From the NCBI RefSeq assembly GCF_009914755.1, contig NC_060947.1: a DNA stretch of 64,000 nucleotides; one strand, given 5' to 3'. The position numbers and the translations under genes were made by a program. Source of the stretch: the human T2T-CHM13v2.0 reference genome, Homo sapiens. Below, one piece after another: positions 56,515-64,000 of this stretch (its first letter is position 1; each line of letters starts with the position of its first letter). Below the pieces are notes generated by a model that saw only the letters and a program-made list of their open reading frames with translations, made no database searches and was not told where the DNA came from.

Positions 56515-56752
56515 GACATAGAGATTAAGAGTAAAGGCTGCTTGGGTTTAGATTCTGGCTCTGCCACTTATGAGCTCTGTAAATCTTTGGCGAATTACTT
56601 AGCTTCCATGTGCTTCCGTGTTCCCATATATAAAATAGAGATAAAATAGTAGCAATCTCAGAAAGTTGAGAGAATTAAATGAGTTAATGCTAGTAAAATT
56701 CTTACACAAAGCCTAATACCAAGTAAGCACTTGTAATATTTGCTATTATTGT
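56515..56752 (+). mobile_element. MIR SINE
   Basis: ggctctgccactta...ttacttagcttcc...gagaattaaatgagttaat. Confidence 0.78.
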
Positions 56753-57169
56753 TAAATTTATGCCTCTCTGATCATTTACTGAGGGTAAAATCTTGCAAGT
56801 AGAATGGCAGGGTTAAGGAGTACGTCTATTTTTAATATGCTTAATGCTTGTTTTCAAATTTCTCGGCAGAAGGGGTATACCAATTTACTGTCCTACCAGT
56901 GGTGCACGACAGTGCCTTTTGTCTGAAACTCTCTTCCCACTTTTCCTTCTCCATCTCCATCCAAACACTTATGAAACAAAGCCTGTGTCTAATTCACCAG
57001 CACTTATTACTTAATGCAGTGCCTGATAGGTAATAGTTGCTGCAAAAATATTTCTAGAATTAAGAAAAATACGCCAACTTGGTATTTTTGTTTTAAAAGA
57101 GTGACTTATTTTAAAGCATATACTTTCTCCAAGTTTATTATTTGCCTCCTAATTTTGTTTATGGAATTA

Positions 57170-58395
57170 TTTTTTAAATTTCAACTTTTAGATTTAGGGG
57201 TTACAATGTGAAGTGTGTTACATGGGTATATTACATGAGGCTGAAGTTTGGGGTATGATTGATCTTGACACACAGGTAGTGAGCATACTAACCAATAGGT
57301 AGATTTTAAGCCCTTGCTCCCCTCCCTTCCACCTCTAGTAGGCCCCAGTTTCTATTGTTGCCATCTCTATGTCCATGAGTATTGTTTAGCTCCTGGTCAT
57401 AAGTGAAAACATGAGGTATTTGGTTTTCTGTTCCTGTATTAATTCTCTTAACATGATGGCCTCCAGCTGCATCCATGTTGCTGCAAAGGACATGATTTCA
57501 TTCTTTTTATGGCTGCATAGTATTCCATGGTGTATATGTGCCACATTTTGTTTATCCAGTCCACAGTTGATTAATACCTGGGTTGATTCCATGTCTTTGA
57601 TACTGTGAACAGTGCTGCGATGAACATGTGAGTAAATGTGTCTTTTTGGTAGAATGATTTATTTTCCCTTGTGTATGTAACCAGTAGTGGGATTGCTGGG
57701 TCAAATGGTAGTTCTATTTTTAGTTCTTTGAAAAATTTCTGAACGGCTTTCCACTGTGGCTGAATGAATTTACATTCCCACCAACAGTGTATAAATGTTT
57801 TCCTTTTCTCTGCAGCCTCACCAACATCTGTTATTTTTAGACTTTTTAATAATAGCCTTTCTGACTGGTATGAGATGGTATCTCATTGTAGTTTTTATTT
57901 GCATTTCTCTGATGATTAGAGATGCTGAGCATTCTCTAATATGTTTCTTGGTCATTTGCATGTGTTCTTTTGAGAAGTGTCTGTTAATGTCCTTTGCTCA
58001 CTTCTTAATGGTGTTATCTGTTTTTTGTTTGCTGAATTAAGTTTCTTATAGATTCTGTGTATTACACCTTTGTCAGATGCACAGTTTGCAAACATTTTCT
58101 CACATTCTCTAGGCTGTCTGTTTACTCATTGATAGTTTCCTTACTTTAATTAGGACTCACTTGTCAATTTTTGGTTTTGTTGCCATTGCTTTTGAAGACT
58201 TAGTCATAAATTCTTTGCCAAGGCTGCTGTACAAAATGATATTTCCTAGGTTTTCTTCCAGAATTTTTATAGTTTTGGGTCTTACATTAAAGTATTTAGT
58301 CCATCCTGAGTTAATTTTTGTATATGGTGTAAGGAAGGGGTCCAGTTTTATTCTTTTACATATGGCTAGCCGCAGCATCATTTATTGAATAGGGA
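57170..58395 (-). mobile_element. L1PA16/L1PB-like 3' region within older L1M relics
   Basis: ORF2 remnants [14 protein letters not shown] and NEIMSFAATWMQLEAIML; 3' UTR. Confidence 0.92.
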
Positions 58396-59069
58396 TATAT
58401 CATTATTTTAATTTGCAATTATCTGAGTAATAATGAGACAGAACATAATTTTCTCATGTTTCTTGGCAATTTCGTTTGTGTGTGTGTGTGTGTGTGTGAA
58501 TTGTCTGCTCATATCATTTGTTTATGCTTCCAATAAGGTGTTTATCCTCTTTTGATTTTAAGTATTTTCTGTGTATTATATAGTCTTTTTCATATATGAT
58601 GTAATTCTATCTTTGCTTTTGTTATTTGTCTGTTAATTTTGTTTATGGCATTGTTTTGACATGCAGAGTATTTTAATATTATATAGTCAAATCGTTTAAT
58701 CTTTATAGTTTTGTCTTTGCTACTATGCCTAGAATGCCTTCTTTCCTCCAAGATGGTATTTTCTCCTAGGTTTTATGACTTCAGTGTTTACATTTAACTT
58801 TTTAATTCATCTGGAATTAATGTTGGCTCAATTTAATCACAAGGATCTAATAATTGTCGCAGCATTTTGCTTTCCCCCATGGATTTGAAATATCATCTTT
58901 ACCATATACTAAATTTATATGTACTTCCGGAACAGTTTCTGTGCTTTCTTTCCTGATCTGTTAATATTGCCAGTCTATTCCTATGCTAGTATAATATTGT
59001 TTTAATTATTGTTGCTTTAAGAAAGATTTAAGTATTTGGCAGGGCAAGTTCTTCTTCATTACTCATTTT

Positions 59070-59357
59070 TTTTTTCTTGAGACGGAGTCTCGCTCTGTTG
59101 CCCAGGCTAGAGTGCAGTGGTGCGATTTTGGCTCACTGCAACCTCCACCACCCAGGTTCAAGCAATTCTCTGCCTCAGCCTCCCGAGTAGCTGGGATTAC
59201 AGGTGCCCGCCACCATGCCTGGCTAATTTTTGTATTTTTAGTAGAGACGGGGTTTCACCGTCTTGGCCAGGCTGGTCTTGAGCTCCTGACCTCATGATCC
59301 ACCTGCCTCGGCCTCCCAAAGTGCTGGGATTACAGGCATGAGCCACCGCGCCCGGCC
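59070..59357 (-). mobile_element. AluS (Sg/Sc-like)
   Basis: TSD tactcatttt at 59060-59069 and 59358-59367. Confidence 0.95.
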
Positions 59358-62300
59358 TACTCATTTTGTTTTCAAAAATATCTTGGGTATTAAATAAATA
59401 AGTAATTATGTATATATCTTCAGAGATTCACAATTCCCCAAAATACGTTTCATTTTTTTTTCAAAATAATGCAGATATTTTTATAGATGGTGGTCCTAGA
59501 AGGCTGCTATACTTGAGGCATATTTTTTTTTTCTCTCTAGGAAAACATTTCCGGCCCCTTATTCTGCAGTATATTGCAGATTTTAAGCTAGCAGTTACCT
59601 TCAAGATTGTCTAGTCCAGCTACCTTATTTCACAAATGAGACACTGAAACTTCAGCAGTCAGGCAGCTAGTTAAAGGCAGGGCTAGGGAGGGAATGAATG
59701 GTCCCTGATTCTTCATTCTGGAACACTAGCACAAAAAAGATAGTAATGAATAGTTATCATATCATCTCATGCAGTAACATCCATGAGAACAGTTAACATG
59801 TACCCTTTGACACAAAATTCTCTTGATATTTGCTTTTTTTCTCTCTTCTCTTCCCCACACCCCAATTTAAATATCTAAACAAACCTCTTTCTGCCTCCAT
59901 CATAGACTTTATAAATATAAATGTTGTATGTAGTACATAGTATTTTACAGAAAACTACAATAAGATAAATTTAGACTATGGTTTGAGCATATAATTATAG
60001 CCTGCCATGAAACAAAGAGAGTTAAAAATACAAAGCTAAGCCCACAGCAAATAAATATTGTATAAGACACTCACTACTTTATGGAAATTCAAAAGAATTT
60101 GCAAAATCTCTTTTTGAAGCATTTCACTCGAATTTGTAGTGCAGACTCATCAAATTGAGCTATGCTTTTGGATATTCTCAGACTTTACCTATTAAAGTAA
60201 GTGTCAGTAAGTAAGGAGGTTAGATTGCAGGACTTTGGGAATAGATATGTAGCCTAAATATTTAGCTTTCTTGGCCTAAATCATCTCTGACCAGCAAAGA
60301 CCAAAAATTAGCTCCACCTCAAATGTACATGTTGGCCTTTTGAGAAATGTTTGGATTGTAACATTTACTACTCTGAGCCCAAGTCATATGGTCAGACTCT
60401 AACAACCTGCAGGCTCAGAAATAAAGATGTTTGATGGAAGTTCCTGCCAAGAAGTCAATATTGAATAGGCAGAGATCATGCAAAGTTGAGAAGTAATTAT
60501 GTAGCCAGGATTTAAATTGAGGTAGAAGATTTGAAAGAGGATGGGGACCTATGATTCTATTCCTGTTTGAAAAGATCTGATACGTAAGTGCACATCAGCA
60601 TTCAAGAATGTTTTACATCTCTCACAAGGGGAACTGTTTATAGTAATGGTTGAGGGAGACCCCTGCCAATCTTGGAAAAGAAATTGCCTTAATGGAAGAA
60701 AGTCATGCACCACTGAATTCCTACTATTGGGTTATATTAAAACGTTATGCCCCTCATTCTCATCAGTAAATAATTGAACTCCCTTTGGGTGTGTGCCATG
60801 CCACAAAGCATGATGAAAGCTTATGGATTTGGGGCTAGGCTCCAGGATGCATTGGAAAGAAGTTAGGCAAAGTGAGTTTTACTTCCAGTTCAGCCACTAT
60901 GTGTCTGAGCAAATTACTTTCCCGCCTTGGGCCTCAATTTCCCCAAATGTTATGCTTCCTGAGTCAGGGACACCCCTGAGAACCTGATGAATGTTATGGA
61001 TTGCTTCAGAGAAATGCATACACATACATACACCACTGCCTCAAAACACACACCAGGTTCAGAATCTCTGATTGATGTGATAGCCAGATCTCTTTCTAGT
61101 CTACGAGAACCTCTGCTCAAAAAGCTACATTTACAAAGAAATTATAGGTGGGAAGTCATAAAAAATGAGGTTGGTCTTGAGTTCACAAAAGTGAAAAATA
61201 TTCTCTTAGTAGTTACATTTTTAATGATAGGCTTTTCCACATTGTGTGTATGTACACATGCATGCATGTGCATGTGCAAAGTGGCAAATGACCAATATGA
61301 AGTACTTAGCAACCACTCACTAAAACCACCACTATCCTCTCATTTTAGGTAACTTTGGTAGTTGGTCTTTACTTGGAAAGAAGGTAAATAAATGACTTAA
61401 GTCCAATTGTGAGATTCCTATGGTGCATCACTTTTGAAATATCCTGTTTTTGCCAGTATTACATAGATATACATTTGTTAATGAGGGATACAATATATCT
61501 GCTGTTGAATTATATTTAGTTTGGGAAGTCTCTAGGTTTCTTGTTTCTTCATTAATTTATCCATTTTGAAATATGGTAATTGGTAGGAAAGCTGAAATAC
61601 GTCTAGATTTTTAGGGGCCTGAGATAAGACTAGGGTTTTAATCCTGCTTCTAACTCTCAGTTTCCACCTATCACACAGTTGCCTCTATTTTCAGCCACAA
61701 ATTTTCTTACATAATGTCTTCCTGAAAATTTAGGTGACAGTCCAATATGCAGAAGTGAAACAATTGATTTGGATGCTTTAAGTGTGGTTCTGTTCTTGGA
61801 AAGCTAAAATATACTTATTTGATAATTATATTTTGCTTTTCACACATAATCTTCAATGTTTAATATGGCTAGAATTTTCCACATATTTCTAAATTGAATT
61901 TTAAATTCATCAAGTGAACCTGCAGTTGGTCAATGTAAGCCTAATAAATATCACAAGGAAGTTAAATATTTGTTACTTTGGGCATGATCTTTGTCACAAT
62001 TAGGTTATGTTTATGAGACTCATTTCTAGTTACAGTCATTTTTATAAAATAATAGAACAAAATGCAATAACACATTCGAATGATTGCAAAAGCACTGATG
62101 GCTGTACAAAGATGGTGAATCACCTAAAAATGGATAAAGTCTAACACAGGAAAGTCCAAAAGCACATTTAAGTTGTAGTGAAATCTAACCTTTGGCAAAA
62201 TCAACACTCATAATAACCCCTGCATAGCTCTAGGAAGAAACCCTAATAAATAGATATATTCCACTATTTTTAAAAATATATGTATTTTTAAAAAATCTGT

Positions 62301-62451
62301 ACAGTAAGTTTTTTTAAGTCCAAAATGCTAAAAGTCCTTTAATAAAAAACAGTTCCTTGACCTACCCTGATCAACTTCATTCCCTAGTGGCAAACTCTTT
62401 CAAATCTGTAACTCTTTCCTCTGATATTTATGTCTATTTTCCAAAATGTTC

Positions 62452-62454
<3 letters not shown>

Positions 62455-62486
<32 letters not shown>
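62455..62486. repeat. (CA)n microsatellite
   Basis: Read directly. Confidence 0.95.
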
Positions 62487-62488
<2 letters not shown>

Positions 62489-62739
62489 TTATTGGATCAA
62501 GTTTAGACATTGTCTATTGAGTATTATTATGTCAAATCTGGAGTTTAGCTCACATACATACTCTTCTCTATTGCATCCCACATCCTTCCAGTATGTCTTA
62601 CTTTTTTATGGAAATATGTATTATACATTTACTACTGTGTTTATGCAGTATAATTCAATGTTGAGCCAATTAGTGAACTATGAATACATTTACTTTCTTT
62701 TTCAATTTGCTTTTATTCCTAGAGTTACTTATTAACTAA

Positions 62740-63050
<311 letters not shown>

Positions 63051-63714
63051 GTTTTGTTTTACATGTGATGAAGTCTTCTAACATAGTTCAAAAGTTCTGT
63101 AAAGAGATTTATAACAATTTTCTATACCTTGTCAGATGACATAAACTTTAAGTTTCAGTAGAAGGTAAATTTCAAGAAGTCAGAAACTTAATTTTGTTCA
63201 TAACTATAGCCTGAGTGCCTCTAACAGGCTCCAAAGCATAATATATTCTCCGTAGATACTTGTTGCATGGAAAATGAAAATAATAATTTATCATTTTTAT
63301 TTTTCCCTGGAAGCAGTCCCCCTGAAACCTTCCAATCTTTTGCTCCAATCTGGACTGACTGCTTACTTCATAGCTGACATCTTGGGACTTACCTTCAAGT
63401 ATTATTTGGTTGTTTTTTTTCCCTGGATCCTGTGTCTTCTATTTTCTTGGTTTGCACCCTCATTTCATAGAATATATCCTTCAGAAGCTTCTTGAGTATG
63501 AAAGTTTTTATGGAAGATAAATACTGCACTTGCACATCTAAAACTATTTTTACCATATACTTGCTTGATAATTTAGTTTCATATAAAATTAAAATTTGAA
63601 AATGGTTTTTATGCAGACTTTTGAATGCATTTCTCTATTGTCTTCTATCTTCCAGTATTGATTACCATTTCATCACCCTTTGCAGACACTTGAAAAGCCA
63701 GAAACAAACTCGTA

Positions 63715-64000
63715 TGATATGGTCTGTCTCTGTGTCCCACCCAAATCTCATCTTGAATTGTAATCCAAATTGTAATCCCCACGTGTTGGGGAAGGGACAT
63801 TGTGGGGGGTGATTAGATTGTGGGGGGTTCTTATAATAGTGAGTGAGTTCTCATGAGATTTGATGGTTTTATACCTTCACTCTGCACTTCTCTCTCCTGC
63901 CACCTTGAGAAAAAGGATGTGTTGGCTTTCCCTTCCACCATGATTGAAGTTTCCTGAGGTATCCCCAGCCATGCAAATCTGTGAGTCAAATCTTTTTCCT
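63715..64000 (+). mobile_element. THE1D/MSTA-like LTR, running off the window
   Basis: tgatatggtctgtctctgtgtcccacccaaatctcatcttgaattgtaatcc. Confidence 0.88.

Overview
Primate, most likely human, non-coding genomic DNA (intergenic or deep intronic). It is dominated by interspersed repeats: many MIR and L2 relics, old and intermediate L1s, about 11 Alu/FLAM copies, ERVL-MaLR/ERVL/ERV1 solo LTRs and hAT-type DNA transposons, often nested with readable target-site duplications (TSDs). I cannot support any protein-coding gene, RNA gene or CRISPR array: the listed ORFs are L1 ORF2 remnants, Alu/LTR read-throughs or low-complexity artefacts. I could not identify the locus, and I see no evidence of a new multi-gene system. 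The points most worth following up are: a perfect 121-bp tandem duplication bounded by 12-bp microhomology (37967-38220); a patchwork templated insertion inside a MIR (49465-49575); an L1 and an Alu inserted at the same TT/AA site on opposite strands (MER20, 912-3189); an L1 nested in an older L1 at a nearly homologous position; a very young AluY; an unexplained 1.1-kb LTR-like block (28563-29679); and several repeat-free candidate enhancers. Repeat subfamily names come from memory of consensus sequences, and boundaries of old repeats are approximate.
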